Counted from the first letter of the whole stretch, positions 12,554-26,039 are shown. The stretch: DNA of 63,748 nucleotides, filler included, from Hausera hauseri (GCA_046269625.1; 11 parts of 11 records of this genome joined end to end with filler, not necessarily neighbours in it); one strand, 5' to 3'. The notes: generated by a model not told the origin, from the letters alone. Translations and numbers: made by a program.

Positions 12554-12871
12554 TTTCCCGATTAGATAGAGTTCGTTATCTGTACTAGTCGCATTTTCTA
12601 CTCCTTGGCCTCTAACTGGGGGCTGAATATTCGAGTTCTTGAGATTTCGTGTCTTACTGCGTCGCGTAAATATCGATTGTATTTCGTTTGGCTTGGGTAT
12701 TCTAGGCGAATAGATTATACCGTGGTCGTCAACCGCTGGTCAACGATACAGAGCGGATGTTCTTTCCGTTCCGTGGATCTTACGCAATATTCCGTATCGT
12801 TTTGTTCCTTCGTATGGATCCTCTAGATTAATTGGCTGTCGATAGAGGTCTGTCTGACACGAACTCAGAGA

Positions 12872-14884
12872 TTATTTCTCACAATCTTCATATATCGTTG
12901 CCGTCGGCGGCAATACCGGTAATGGTAATTTCATAACGGAGTAATTTTTATGTCGGCCTATTCTGGAGGTGGGGTCTCCTCCCTTATGCTCGTCATCGTC
13001 CGAATTATTTCTTCGCATTTTACTTTCTATGAATTTTTGCCTGTAATTAAATATGCGTCTTTTACGCTTTCGATTGTGATAACCCACATGTCGCTCTACC
13101 TCTGTTTTCCATTTACTTTCTTCATAAGCCCTCAAAAAATTACCAAAAGGAGTGATAATGGCTGTTAGGATTTTGCATGAGAATCCCGTTAAGGTAAATA
13201 TCTCGTACCCATTTATAATCGCTTGGATTATCGCTTTTATCAATTGAATCAAGAAGTATATCGCTAGAAATCCTGACGCGGCTTGTCCGAATATAAGGAA
13301 TCTTTCCCAAATCTTGTATAATATTTCTGTGGTTACCTTTTTGTAATAGACAACACCTAGCAACGACTCCCATTTCGCTTGATATCGTGAATCTTCCAAT
13401 ATTGTGTGCATTGCTCTGTTCAATTCGTGCGTTTGCTGACGAGGAAAAGCAAGAAATTGTCTGAACGCCTCTACTTCTTTCGGTCGATAAATACCTTTTT
13501 CGGCTGTGTCCTGAAATTTATCATCAGTTATTCCTTTTACTAAGTTTGTGCCTGTCAACTTGATGGGTGGTGCAATAATACCACCGTTTGGCAAACTCAC
13601 CCAATCGGTTCCGCTTCGCCTAAACATCGGCTTTCCTAAGCTGGTTTTACAATCTTTCAAAACCGTTGGTTGAGTGGCATTCGTCAACAGAACTCTAGTA
13701 ATTGGCGTTGCCAATCTCGGTATATCCTGATATATCACTGGAAGCTCTTGTATACATCTCTTCTCTTCCACATTAATCGGTACGTCTTTCTTCTCGCACT
13801 CATACGTCAATAGCACTTCTCCGGTTACTCGTCCGAAAACACCTTCCTTCATCGGAATTATCAGTGACGCCAGCTCTGGATTGGCATAGATTAGAGCTAA
13901 TTTAGTTCTCATAATTTCCAAGTCTAATTTACAATCGTTTGTTACCATTTTGTGGTATAACTCGGCTATTCCGGCTTGTCCTTTATAGTAAAAGTAGTCA
14001 TCTCTATTCTTCAGATAATCCTCGATTCGGATATCTTGAGTCTCAAGTTTAAATATTCGGGCATTTATTTCAGTCTTAGCTACAAAAAAAGCTTCGTAAT
14101 TAGTAGCATACATTACGACGTCGCGTCGAGTGAGCATAGCCTTCTTCACAAACTTTAATCCATGGGCATCAGAAATTAATATGGTGGAGGTGGACTGTTC
14201 AGCTACATCTTCGCGTGTTTTAGAATTAGTCTCTATATTAGTTATGTACCGTTTTCCAGTCGTTTCGTTGAATTTGAGTTCTTTAATCCCAATGAAATTA
14301 CAATCGGTTTTAGCTGGTGGTTCCCAAATTACCACTGAGCTCCGAAATGGACAAGTGCCGTCCTAGATGTGACATTTGTGGTTCTCGGTGTAGAACTTGG
14401 TGACACTGTGGAACATTACTTTCTGTATGCGCATTTCGGTTTCGTAAAAATCCACTACTACAATGTTTTGCTTTAATCCCTTTCCCGTATCGTATTCTAT
14501 GCCTTGACAATGTCCGGCGTGCATATCCAGTCGTCCTGCTGCAACCTTATATACTCTAATTATTTTCCCTTGTTGCATCTCCAATTCCATCCCATACCAG
14601 TTTATTCTTCCAGTTTCTCTGGCCTGTTTGCACTTCTGACGCTCTAAATAAATCGGAATCGGCGGGGTGGTTGGTTTGATTATTGACGAGTGTCCGTGTA
14701 TCAATCCACAGTGAAAAATACTGCGAGATCGTCTTAACATACATTCTACTCCATCTAGCGCGATTAATTCCCGTTGTTGGTATAATATGTAATCCTTTTC
14801 CTTTGTCTCCAGCTTGTGCGGTCTCGCATCTTCGCACATTTCCAAGTCCATTAGGGAGTACTTCTGGCCAAGTCTAAATCTGTC
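12872..14884 (-). pseudogene. env: Chuvirus-like (class III/gB-related) envelope glycoprotein, one internal TAG at 14363-14365
   Basis: Cys pattern C..LYQQ..VEC..IFHCG..H..C..G..AGR..GHCQG..C..DGTC..VIWE..C; LYHKMVTNDC; FGRVTGEVLLTYEC..C..ELPV; C-terminal hydrophobic WERFLIFGQAASGFLAIYFLIQLIKAII. Confidence 0.85.
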
Positions 14885-14984
14885 NNNNNNNNNNNNNNNN
14901 NNNNNNNNNNNNNNNNNNNNNNNNNNNNTTAATTAATTAANNNNNNNNNNNNNNNNNNNNNNNNNNNNNNNNNNNNNNNNNNNN

Positions 14985-15115
14985 ATTAACTCATTCACTC
15001 ATTAAATGAGTCTTATTTTCATCCTTTTTTGAATTTCTCGACTTTATATTGGCTATTTATTCAATTGGCTTTGCATTAAATTTAAACATTAATATTCGTT
15101 TAAATTCCGCCTCAC
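14985..15115 (-). repeat. Dispersed LTR-like repeat starting TGTGAGG; second copy at 20550-20670 (+)
   Basis: Reverse complement matches TGTGAGG(C/A)GGAATTTAAACGAATATTAATGTTT...GCCAATATAAAGTC...CATTTAATGAGTGAA. Confidence 0.7.
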
Positions 15116-16028
15116 AGCCAGTATTATTTTTTCAGTTTCTTTAACTGAAACTGTGATCAGAGGAAGGATAATCCTTGTTTTAATGGTAATTGAGTCGAGG
15201 TGGTTGTTGTATATTTCGATTTTTCATATTCCAAGTGTGGAATTGTTTCTCTTCGTACTTCCTCTATATAGACGATTGGGTTGGGTCTTGCAAGTGTCCG
15301 TATCATTATCGTGGCATTTTTATAAAAGCGTTAATCTAGACGAATAGTAGAAAATGGCGTTCAATCAAGCGTGTCCGTCATATCATTTGAATGGGATCTG
15401 CTTTTCAATTGAATTTCTTCTTTGATTGCAGATATAAACGAAAGTTGTCCGATCGGAATGATCGATTAAGTCGGATAGTTTCGTTGAGGCTGCGGGTAAT
15501 TTGATTATTAGACCGGTCCTCTGATTTACCAAATGTCCTTTTCGGTTGTTTGGAATAAGCTACGCTTTTCCAAAGTAGGCAGTCCTTGTGAGATGTTGCA
15601 TTGAGGTTGCTGGCGATCTTGTAGTAGAAGGATATGATTCTTTCTACTGTTTCTGAACCTTCTTGGAATGAAAAAAGATAAATTAATATCATACAAGAAA
15701 ACTTAAAAAGCGGAATAGAAATTGAAATACTTCTATTTAATTTACTTTTTCGGTAGGTCGTAAGAAATTTAACGGCCTTATCTTGCATTTTTTGTGCAAA
15801 AATATAAGGTTATATCTGTTGGTCAAAGCTTTTGTCGTTTATGTCAAATTAATTTTCTAGTTTATCGATCTTCATAGTTAAAGGAAGTTAGCTGGCTTTT
15901 AGTTTGAATTTTATTGAGAACTTCTCCATTACTTTTCCTTTAAAAAATGTGTTTCTTTGATTTTTTCGTTGTTTCCACTCTTATTACTCCCCTGCCCTTA
16001 GGGGTGCCTAGTCGCGTAACTAGTGCAG

Positions 16029-19000
16029 TCATTGGTGTTGTGGTGGTCGGAATGAATTTCCTTTGAATATTTTAGACACGAATAAGTATTGGCAGGTAAA
16101 CGAAGCGTAATTGTATTCTTTCCTGATTTGATACCCGCTGATATACGTCGAGGCGGACTTCATACCAATAATGTGAAAAAAATGTACAGAGCGTTCTCGT
16201 TTGTTCTCTAAGTAATAGTAATGTAATTTGGCAAAGATGCACCTAGTGGTCAGCCATATACTGCGTTCATAGTTTCGTGGCATAAGTCTTATAGTCCGGA
16301 AAGTAACGCATGGTTCCTGAGGATCTATATCCACGTAATAGACGATATCCACTAGTAATCGAGTAAGGAAATCGGTGTTAAATATTATTTCTGACCTATC
16401 TGCGTTTTCTATGTCTTCACGTGTTGGAATGTTGATTTCTTGCTTTGGGTTCCATCTGGTAATATAGTGTTTATAATTATCAGTCCACGATTGTATTTTA
16501 TAGGTATAATTTTTATTGTAATCCAATTTACATCAAGTCAAATTATGTCCACCTGTGATCATACAGTTAATGGATTCCTTCATCGAATAGGTAAATTAAA
16601 AATAAAATCGATCCGGGGAGTATATGGGCAAATAGGTCATAAAGCAAATGCCTGGTCTTTATCGACACGAAGAGTGATAGTTAGTCTAACTAGTTCGTAA
16701 TTCACTACGTGTACTTTCGTATGATTAGAAACTGCGGCTGTTGTTTTCAAAAAATATCAATAGTATGAACCTAGTGATACTTATAATACTATCCAATTTG
16801 AGGTAAAAACGGTAACTCACGGGTTCCTGACCATCCGTATTCTGTTTTTGAGACAATACTGCTACTTTTGGTTCTACGAATTGTGGTGATTCTAAGTCTA
16901 TCTGGCGTATGAATTCATTATAAGATGTTCGTGCTCGGGTAACTCGTTGCACGGATACTATTTCACGTGTTCAATCCTTTTTGTAAAAATTAGGTTTGCG
17001 GTCTTGTTTCCACAACTTTATACGGTTCTTGGCCGGTACGCGTTAGTTTCAGTGACTTTCCTATCTTAACAGAAGGATAATGAACCATTATGTAGTCACC
17101 AATCTTGCAAGCATGTGGACGTGCTTTATTGTTGAATTGTTTTTTATATCCTGCTTTATATTTCCCTTCGAATTCTTTAGCTTCTTTTTGGAAATATTCA
17201 AGTCTCCTTAGTAAATCTTGGTATTACTGGTCCATATGATCACTTGGTTTCAAGGAAGATGGTAATAATTCCGTGTCTAACGGCAGCGGTGGCAATCTTT
17301 TTGTAAGTGTAGTGTTAATTGCGAAAGCCATAGTTTTTAAATGAAGTTGCCAATCTTTCTGATCGTGTGCGACTTTTGTTGAAAGAATGCCTTGAATTGT
17401 TCGATTCGTTCGTTCAACCATACCATTGCATTGAGGGTGGTAGGAGGTTGTTAACAAATGTTTGCACTGAAATATCTTTGACAATTTTTCGAAAAATTCA
17501 TTGACATAATATCGTACACGGTCAGTTAACAATTGTTTCAGTGTGCCTAATTCTCCATTATTTCATAGAAGAATGCTTCTGCAACAGTACTACTGGTCAT
17601 GTTCTTCAATGGTATCAGAACAACATATCTGGAGTAATAATTAACAAGTGATAATATATTTGTATCCTGCATCTGAGGTCGGAAAAGGTCCCGAAGTATC
17701 CATTGAACAAATTTCCATAGGTTTGCGTGTTTTGGGAAGACTATCCAGAAAAGGTTTTGCGCGAAAACCTCTATACTTCTGAGTAGAACACATTTTTCAA
17801 GAATGTATCCATCCTTCAATATGTTTATTCATTTGAGGCCGATATTTCGCTCTTATACGTTTCAACGTCTTGTTCAAAGATGGGTTACCTAAAAGATGAG
17901 AGTCATATTCTTGTAACATGAGGGCCTTTATTGCTAGATGTGGTAAAATTACTAATTTCCGTTTACCAACTTTGAGTTTTAAAATATAATCTTCAATTTC
18001 TAATTGTTCTTTTTGTTTTTCGTAAACTTTTTGAATATTGTATAATATTTGATCAACTGAATGTACATTTGTTAGTTATTTTATTTGAACAATGAATGAG
18101 TTTCAAATGAGTTGTAAGGTTTCAATATTTCGAACTTGAATTTTTCTCTGTTCATGTAGCATGTCACTAATAATTTTCTCGTTCAACTGTTTGTCTTTTT
18201 CTTTGTTCTGCGACTTATAAGCTGCGGCCACTATTTCCTCATAAGGAAATCTAAAAATCGCACCCGCATCTGTATTATCCTTTTCGAGCCGATATCGATA
18301 TTCAGTGTCGTAATTTAAAAGCTCTAACTTCCACTTTGGAGTCGGCTTGACACATGTCTATTATCCTTTCGTAATGACAGTAAGGCCTTGTGGTCAGTGA
18401 ATATTATAACTTTGTGATCATAGACGTAATATTCGTAATGTCGTAATCCATCGCGTAGTGCTAACAATTCTAATTCGGTAATGGAATATTCCCTCTCAGC
18501 ATTGTTTAAACTGCGTCCTACATAAGCAATTACGTGTTCCGTTGTCTCGTCTAAACACTGTTTGGCTAAAATGTAACTAATGGCCTTGACGCTGGCATCT
18601 GTTTTGAGAATGAACAAAAGTGAAAAATCTGGATATCTCAATACAGGTACAAATACAAAACGTCGTTCAATTTCATTGAATACTTCTTGATTTTCTTCAG
18701 TCCATTCCATTTTTTGGTCCTCTTTTAATAACTTATATTGCGGCTGATTAATTTCTGCGAAATTCTCGATAAATATAGCGTAAAATTCGCCTAATCCTAA
18801 GCAAGCTGTCATCTCATGTACACTGGTAGGTGGGGGATATTCTAATACTTTGGACAGAAAATCTGGACTGGTGTATGTACCATGGTTTGAAACTACAAAA
18901 CCAAGATATCTAACTTCAACTTTATACTATTCACACTTTTTCGAATTCTGTTTCAGTTTTGAAACTCTGATTCGGTCGAATACGTCTCTTAGTTCGACCA

Positions 19001-19439
19001 AGTGTGCTGACCAGGTCTTTGAAGTAATCAAAATATCGCTTATGCATGATAGACCTCGTACTTCTTTTAGAACCAACCGAATAAACTCTTGGAAGAACGT
19101 AGGTGCAATTTTTAATCCGAATGGCATACGCGTAAACTGATAAACACCTGTATGTGTCATAAATGCTCTCTTCCAACGGTCTTTTTCGACTACTGGGATC
19201 TGCAAAATCCGCTTTGCAAATCTAATGTAGTAAAATATTTGCAATTCTTTACCTTCTGGATAATATTTCGTATTCTTGGTATTAGATAGGCATGACTTAT
19301 CAGATGTTTATTTAATGTAACGCAATTTACACACAAGCGATGTTTAGTGGTATTGGATTTCTTTGCCATAACAATAGGAAACGGTCATGGCGATTGACTA
19401 GGTTTGATGATACCCTTATGTAACATTGTTTGTATCTGC
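16029..19439 (-). mobile_element. Large Ty3/Gypsy element, copy 2 (RT-RH-IN plus post-integrase FN3-like extension), heavily decayed
   Basis: MPFGLKIAP; LRYPDFS..KTDAS..EHVIAY..YSITELE; TSYHPQCNGMVERTN. Downstream CKLDYNKNYTYKIQ and DIDPQEPCVTFRT resemble CCNLDFGKVYRYSFQ and DMDWSKPCAWFET of copy 1. Confidence 0.85.
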
Positions 19440-19619
19440 NNNNNNNNNNNNNNNNNNNNNNNNNNNNNNNNNNNNNNNNNNNNTTAATTAATTAANNNNN
19501 NNNNNNNNNNNNNNNNNNNNNNNNNNNNNNNNNNNNNNNCAAGCATCCATAGATTCAATATTTAATAATAACGTAAATTAAAAATAACCTTCAAATCATT
19601 CCGATTTTTTGCTATAGGC

Positions 19620-20222
19620 CTGGCAGAACAAAATTTTCTTTTGATCTCTGCAAATAATAATTTAAAAACAGCCAATGAAACTCAATCTTCAACAAAACAT
19701 TTTGGACATCTAGTGATTTGTAAAATAGTATACGGAATCATATTTTTGCTTTATATTTTCCAGTATTAAGACTGGATTATCTGTGAAAACACCTTCTGAA
19801 TGACAGTTTTGTAAATAATCCAGAGATATTTGTCCATTGCAGTTGCAATAGATTAGCTGGTATGTGGCCATGCCGTAAATTTAAATAATAGATAGAACGG
19901 ACAAATTCTTGCTCTTACTGGATGGCCGGAATGTAAATGCTGAAAATCTTAGAGGTGCGTAACCATAGTTTCTTGAAACATTGATATTAAATCCTGTCTC
20001 ATCCAGAAACAAATATTTCCGGTCTCCAAATTGCCTAAACTCAACGAACGATTCTAGTTTCTGACAGACATTGTGCATTATCAGAACATTTTCTACCCTT
20101 TTCGTAAGTTTATTTCTGGTAAGTCCAGCCTCCTTGAATATTCGAGACATTTTTAAGTTTTCCAAGTTGATAATCCTATAGATTTTCAAAATCCGGTTGG
20201 TGCGTATTGGTCGTTGTCTCAT
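19620..20222 (-). mobile_element. IS630/Tc1-type DDE transposase remnant
   Basis: LTRNKL..YLFLDETGFNINVSRNYGYAP..KNLSVLSII. Confidence 0.75.
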
Positions 20223-20859
20223 AACGAATTTCGACAGTTCAGTAGTTTGTAGTTTTGATAAAAACTCATATGGTCAATTTACAATTATGCAAATTTGTGT
20301 TATCGACCGGGGAAATTAGGAATTACGCATTGATGCTCGTTGGGTTTTCAAGTTATGGAAACTTGACGATTGTGAAAACAAAGAAAATGTAATCTATTTG
20401 CAGTTCGGATTTGCAAGAGATTTTGAAATTTGGTTGATTGTGAATACGTTGATTAGGGGGTTGTCCGAGGGAAATCAATTTTGGGAATTTCTCATTTTGT
20501 GTCTGGTTCTTTTACTTTGCAATTTCCCATGGAACCAACAATTATGCATGTGAGGAGGAATTTAAACGAATATTAATGTTTAATTCAATTCAAAGTGAAA
20601 TCAATAAACAGCCAATATAAAGTCAGGAAATTCAAAGAAGGATGAAAAGAAGAATCATTTAATGAGTGAAGGAGATAATTGTTACACAAACTTTTATAAT
20701 AAATTTCTTATACAGAATTTAATCTTACAATCATCGAGTGACGTTGACGTCGGTATGGTAGAAACGCGATCTACTAACACTGATTTCATTTGTTTATATA
20801 TTATTGATAAAAGAATAAAAAGATTTTGGATCTTTGCTTCAATATATATTTAATTCAAA

Positions 20860-23460
20860 TTGGCGGCAGACTCTGCCTTCGTCGTGGGCTGGTTCCGGGT
20901 TTTTCTACATTTATGGAATGTTTATATATTGAACAGAACTCAATCCAATAAAACACGCTATGAGTTATTTATGAGGGACAGTAGATGTTCAGCTTCCTCC
21001 TTTGTAGACATTTTCATTGTATATGATATCTGGGATCTGCAGTGATTCTGTAGTACACATGTAGTTTTCATATGTTTGTCTGTGGATTCTTTGTACTGTA
21101 AATGCTCATTGAATATGGTATGCAGTATCCTTTTCCTTTTGCAGACATAATAACTATTATTCCTCAAAGTGCAGGACTTAAGTCCACAAATATGGAGTTT
21201 GTTTACTGCTAATTCTTTTCTTCGTATCTACAACTTGTGTATTGGATTCGATCACACTCAGATTTGAGAAGATATTTCCGACTTCCGTGTTTTCGTCTTA
21301 TAATTCCGCATTTCCCGTTTCATTTTCCAAACACTTCTCTATACTGTGGTGAAAATCTTCTCGATACCCATTTTGTTTCGAAACAGTTAAATTGTTTAAC
21401 TCTTATTTTAACGTATTAGCATCACTCTCAGGGTCAGTCATAAGTTCGTGGACACAATATACTGTTTTTCACTGTTATGCTGCTATTTAACTGATATTCT
21501 AAACTGTGGAAATGACTTAAAATCATGAAGATATTGATTGAATTTAAATGTAATTTAATTTAATTTAAATATCGTTGTTTCTAATTTATTTATAATGGAT
21601 AAAATGTATTCGTAATTCGCGTACTCCTAAGACACTATTGGAAAAAGGGTCTCAGTGCAAGAGCTGCCGCTTATGACATTTATTTAGTTGAAGGGACAGA
21701 TGCTGCCAAAAAGTCATCCGCGACCAAATGGTTTAAGAGGTTTGTGCAGGGGTAAACAAGCCTTGATGATCACAAACGTGAAGAACGTCCATCAGTTTTT
21801 AATACAAGCTTTGCGCGAGCGTATGGAACAAGCGCCTTGTCTCCGTATCCGAATATTGTCAAAAGAGTTACATTCTTCTCAATCTACCATAGTTCGACAC
21901 CTACACAATCTTGGATTTGTCAGCAGAAGATCTTGTGAAGCTCCACATGCATTGACAGTTGATCAAGTACAGCGGCTAATTGATATTTGCTGTCTATTAC
22001 TCTCTGATTCCCTTGATAAACGTTTTAACGAATAATTACTGGTGATGAGAAGTGGATTTATCTACGAAATCCTAATAGTGCTTAACCAAGTGCTCATCGT
22101 GGTTGCTTTTAAAAAAGATCATGCTTTGTATGTGGTAGAATTATGTCGGAATCTTGCAGTACAAGTTCGTTTCTGATAGACATACTGTTGGTGGCGATCT
22201 CTATGCTGAATAGTTAAATCGTAAACTCGATATCCAGCATTGGTGAATCGGAAATGGGCGCTCTTTCAGCATATGTCGTGTGACCCAACAAAAGTTGCAA
22301 GAGCTTGATGGTTTTGAAATTCTCCCTCAACCTTCTTACAGTCCAGACCTGGCGCCTTATGATTATCATTTCTTCCGATCTATAGCGCACTTAAAGCGAC
22401 GTCATTTCCAGGACTTGGAAGAGCTTGACCGAGGGTGCCAGGAATTTTTCTCTTCCAAACCAAAAACGTTGTTTCATTATGGTATGTAACAGTTAGTAGA
22501 TAGGTGGGTCAAGATGGTGTTTATTTCCATGACTGAAAATATGTTTGATATTTCTTATTCATACTGCATTTTACCATGTTTGTATGATACTAATTTGATT
22601 AAAATTTTTATGGAAGTGTCCATGAACTTATGACTTACCCTAGTACATCTTATTCTGATGCCTTCACGTTTGTTAATAATATTGGAAATATTGTTTGTGT
22701 ATGGTTGTGCCGATAAATAATGAATAAACAGATCTTTCACCTTTCCATCTTTCGTAATGCTAACATTGATGTGCAGAAGGATCAGTGTTTGTTCTGATTC
22801 CGTTATTATTGATAATTCACATTCTACTCGTATGTGTTCTGGTTAATTGAGTTTTATCCATTTCTTCTTGATCTCTTACCAGTAGAAAATAGTCGTCAAC
22901 ATATCTTTTGAAGAAACCGATGGTCTTCTGAGTGTGGAGGCACTTTCCAATGTGTTCATATAAGTAATTGCGAGGACGGAACTTAGACTATATCCCATTG
23001 GTAAACCTTCAAGCTGCTTATAAAAGGTCCTCGGAAGCTAAAAATTGTGTTCTTCTGCACCTTGGATGTAAAATTTATTATGTTCCCATTTAGTAATAGC
23101 TTCCAGTTGAGATTCTTAGCTTGTGGAATATTTCTTATGTTGTTAATGGCATATTCAATTGGTATTGAGGAATACAGCATATTTATCATTAATATGTTGC
23201 TCAAGATCTTTCGTATACAAGTTAAATTTATTTTTATCCAGAAACTCGTTTAACATTGTATTTATTCATCGAATGTAACAAATGCTCAGGAAAATACTAT
23301 TTCAATAATCAATAACCAATGAAGCAGGAGTTTAGGGACACGTTGTATTACTATTACATCTTCATTGTCATATAGAATAGCTAAGAACTTTATTAAACCT
23401 GTTCTTAGATGCAAACAATTGCCCCGTGTAAGTTTCCACAAAGTTTATTCTCCATTTGAA
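20860..23460 (-). mobile_element. Penelope-like retroelement remnant (RT plus GIY-YIG), split by a mariner insertion
   Basis: LYSSIPIE..; FKRYVDDYF near 22900; frame resumes across the mariner (IRIRC | SDANTLK*EL..NGY); GIY-YIG-like YYV.KRKR.LHT.FNEH at ~21100-21150. Confidence 0.7.
21427..22643 (+). mobile_element. Mariner transposon, near full length, non-functional
   Basis: ~28-bp TIRs (CAGGGTCAGTCATAAGTTCGTGGACAC / GTGTCCATGAACTTATGACTTACCCTAG) with TA on the right; ITGDEKW and YSPDLAPYDYHFF motifs. Confidence 0.93.
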
Positions 23461-25576
23461 ATCATTTATAGGTTGAAGGGAAATGCAATGGCATTAATGA
23501 AGAAAAAGATAATCTTGCACGTGAAGTTGACATGTTAAGAAATATAAAATTGATGCTGGAAGAACCAAATATAATTGCCCATCAGGAGGTTGTTGATGGA
23601 TGTGTTCAACTTTGTTTACAAGGAAAAGAGGCAGATGTTCAAAAAATCATATTCGAGTCAAAACATAAGGAATTGGAAAATATGCTGATGGAAAAGAAAT
23701 GGTTATACTTGACAGAGATTAGAGAATTGAGGATGAAATTGGATGAATGTATTGAACTGCAAAAATCGCATAGAGTGGAAGTTGAAGAATATCTTTCTAA
23801 GGTTTGTTGAATCAAGTACAAATTGGTAATCCATGAATTATTAAATTCGAGGATTACAGGAAAGGTTGAATTGTTGACAGATAAAAATTTGGAAACCAAA
23901 AAGAAAACACTGGTAGAATACTCCAAAATATCCGGAAATTTTCTCCCTCCAGTTGAAACGGAACGAAAGTTGTTTGGCAACACTAGTGTGACAGACGACG
24001 AGGAAATTGATCTGGTGTTTGATGAGAAGCGTTCTTTACATGCGATCATCGACAGTATCAAGGTAATGAGGATTTGCCTGTCGACAATGATCAACGTTTC
24101 TTCAGCCTGTTGTCGATGACATTATGGGTATTTTTCAAATTGAGAAATCGAGGTTGATTAACGATGAATTTTTGTTTTTGGTTGACGTCACTATTTCAGA
24201 GGGTCCATGGAACAGGACTTAAATGTTGTTAAGAAGACAATAGAATCAGTTTTGGACAAATGGCAAAATGAGAAAACCGATCTGAGTTTGGAGTAATTGT
24301 TCGTTGTCAGTGAATTTTGACTGACGATTTGTCAATTCAGAATGAATAAACTGTGGCAACAGGGTGGTCCTTCTTGCGACATTTTGCAAAGTACCATGGG
24401 TAATTTGCGTGACATCAAGAAATTACAGAATGTATATTTATTGACATGGAGATCATCTTGTGAATTTCTATTAAGGATAGAGAGACGTCGGTGAACAGAA
24501 TTCGTTCGGGTTCGGTACTTGAGGATTTTGCGAAATATCAATGAATAATTGAGGTTCGAACAGACATACTTGCACGAATGTCTGTCACAGAATAAGCTAC
24601 GGGATTCGAGACTGGAGTTTCTGAATGAGAGACAGAATAATTAGATTTTTGGATTTGTTATAAATACATTTTGTAGTTCGTTTTGATATATTATGGGTCT
24701 TTGATGGGGTTTTGTAATCTCGTTTCTGTTACCATCCAATTTTCATTATCAAAATGGCGATTTAATACATGCAAATTATGTTGGCGCTTATCCCGACAAT
24801 TTTCTGTTTTAGATAATTACTTCAATGCAAAACTTATTAGATTATTTACTTTTTGAACTTTCCAACCCTTGACACGGACCGGAATTAGATTTCTTCCTCC
24901 CCTTCCATCGAGCCATTAAGTTTCAAAGTACGGACGACAAAAATGTTCTAGTCGAAACCTATTTAGGAATCGATTATTGATAAAACAAAAAATTGTAAGT
25001 AACCTATTTATTGTAATAACATGTCATAAAAACAAGTACATAAAACTTGTTACGAAGACTTCAATGTGAGAGATGAAAATTGGAATGTTCTTGATTTAAA
25101 ATTACATCAAAATTTGAATTCAATCTACTGGTGGCTATTTCTAGAACGGCTTCTAAATTTTCTTCCGTTATTCGTGATCTAATACTGTTCTTTGTATTTT
25201 AATTAAAGAAATTGTAGTTTCACAAAGGTACGTCGATACAAAGAACGATAAATATTTCTGTGGATTATCTAGAATATTTTATACACTTCTGGATTTAAAG
25301 AGGGATAGAAGTCCGTTATTGTTTTTTTTCAGCGAATTGATTCTTTAACATTAAATTGGTTGCAATGCTATTAGTTCTAACTGGACACAAAGTGGTGCAT
25401 CATTAACACTAAAGGAAAATTGTAGACTTACTAAACATAAATTTTGAGAAATTGTGTTAAAATATTCTGACGAACTCATTGTATAAGTCACATATTATTG
25501 TCTCATATTTCTTAAGTTCACCACTTTTCAAGTTTTTCTCTTTTGCATAGTTGGAAAGTGAATTAGTAGGTGGAAT

Positions 25577-25670
25577 TGAGCTCTCCACATCACTTCTCTG
25601 ATTGGTCACAAAACTACTTTTACCCACCGGATTGGCTATTCGGATCATTTGACTAAAAATTTCGCGGAAC
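25577..25670 (-). repeat. Terminal fragment of the CCAAT-box repeat element
   Basis: Reverse complement ..GAATAGCCAATCCGG..GACCAATCAGAGAAGTGATGTGGAGAGCTCA matches 4040-4131. Confidence 0.8.
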
Positions 25671-25679
25671 CTAGTATGA

Positions 25680-25940
25680 AAAGGTAACATATGTCGTAAT
25701 ATATATGAAATATAGGTAATATATAAGTCATATTAAGATAATATATGTGAAACATAAGTAATATATTGGGGAATCGGAGTAAAATGTAGGCAATACATGT
25801 AATATGTAGGTAATGTATGTTGTAAAATGGGTAATATGTATCTAATATCTTTGTAATAAGCAGGTAATATGTAGGTAATTTGGATGAAATATGGGTAACA
25901 TATTGGTGATATCTAAGTAATATGTAGGTAATATAGGTGT
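25680..25940. repeat. Degenerate AT-rich minisatellite ((T/A)AGGTAATAT-like units)
   Basis: Many imperfect GGTAATAT/GTAATATG units. Confidence 0.75.
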
Positions 25941-26039
25941 GGAAATTTTATACAGAGAATGTACAATGAATTCTTTTCAACGTCATTTATTCTCTCGTTT
26001 AAACAAAATATCCCAGTTATATGTCACAAATACCTTTTT

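Larger units (their letters stand above)
7614..14884 (-). mobile_element. Large enveloped Ty3/Gypsy retroelement, copy 1 (G-PR-RT-RH-IN-FN3/TM polyprotein, lightly decayed, 5' end cut by contig break)
   Basis: ORFs starting at 14851, 14335 and 12553 share one frame; one frameshift near 9970, then ORFs starting 9971 and 9137 and the 7784-7614 tail share one frame. Confidence 0.9.

Noticed and set aside
7785-14365. Stop-codon reassignment or programmed readthrough explaining the in-frame stops
   Set aside because: All three stop types occur, positions differ between copies and frameshifts accompany them, which fits neutral decay
15405-15788. Gag of the enveloped element located downstream of pol
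   Set aside because: No capsid or zinc-knuckle motif recognisable; may belong to the neighbouring LTR-like repeat
23460-24650. Coiled-coil-like broken ORFs
   Set aside because: No recognisable motif; cannot be assigned beyond decayed coding DNA
25680-25940. CRISPR-like array
   Set aside because: Short degenerate units with no unique spacers, in a eukaryotic context
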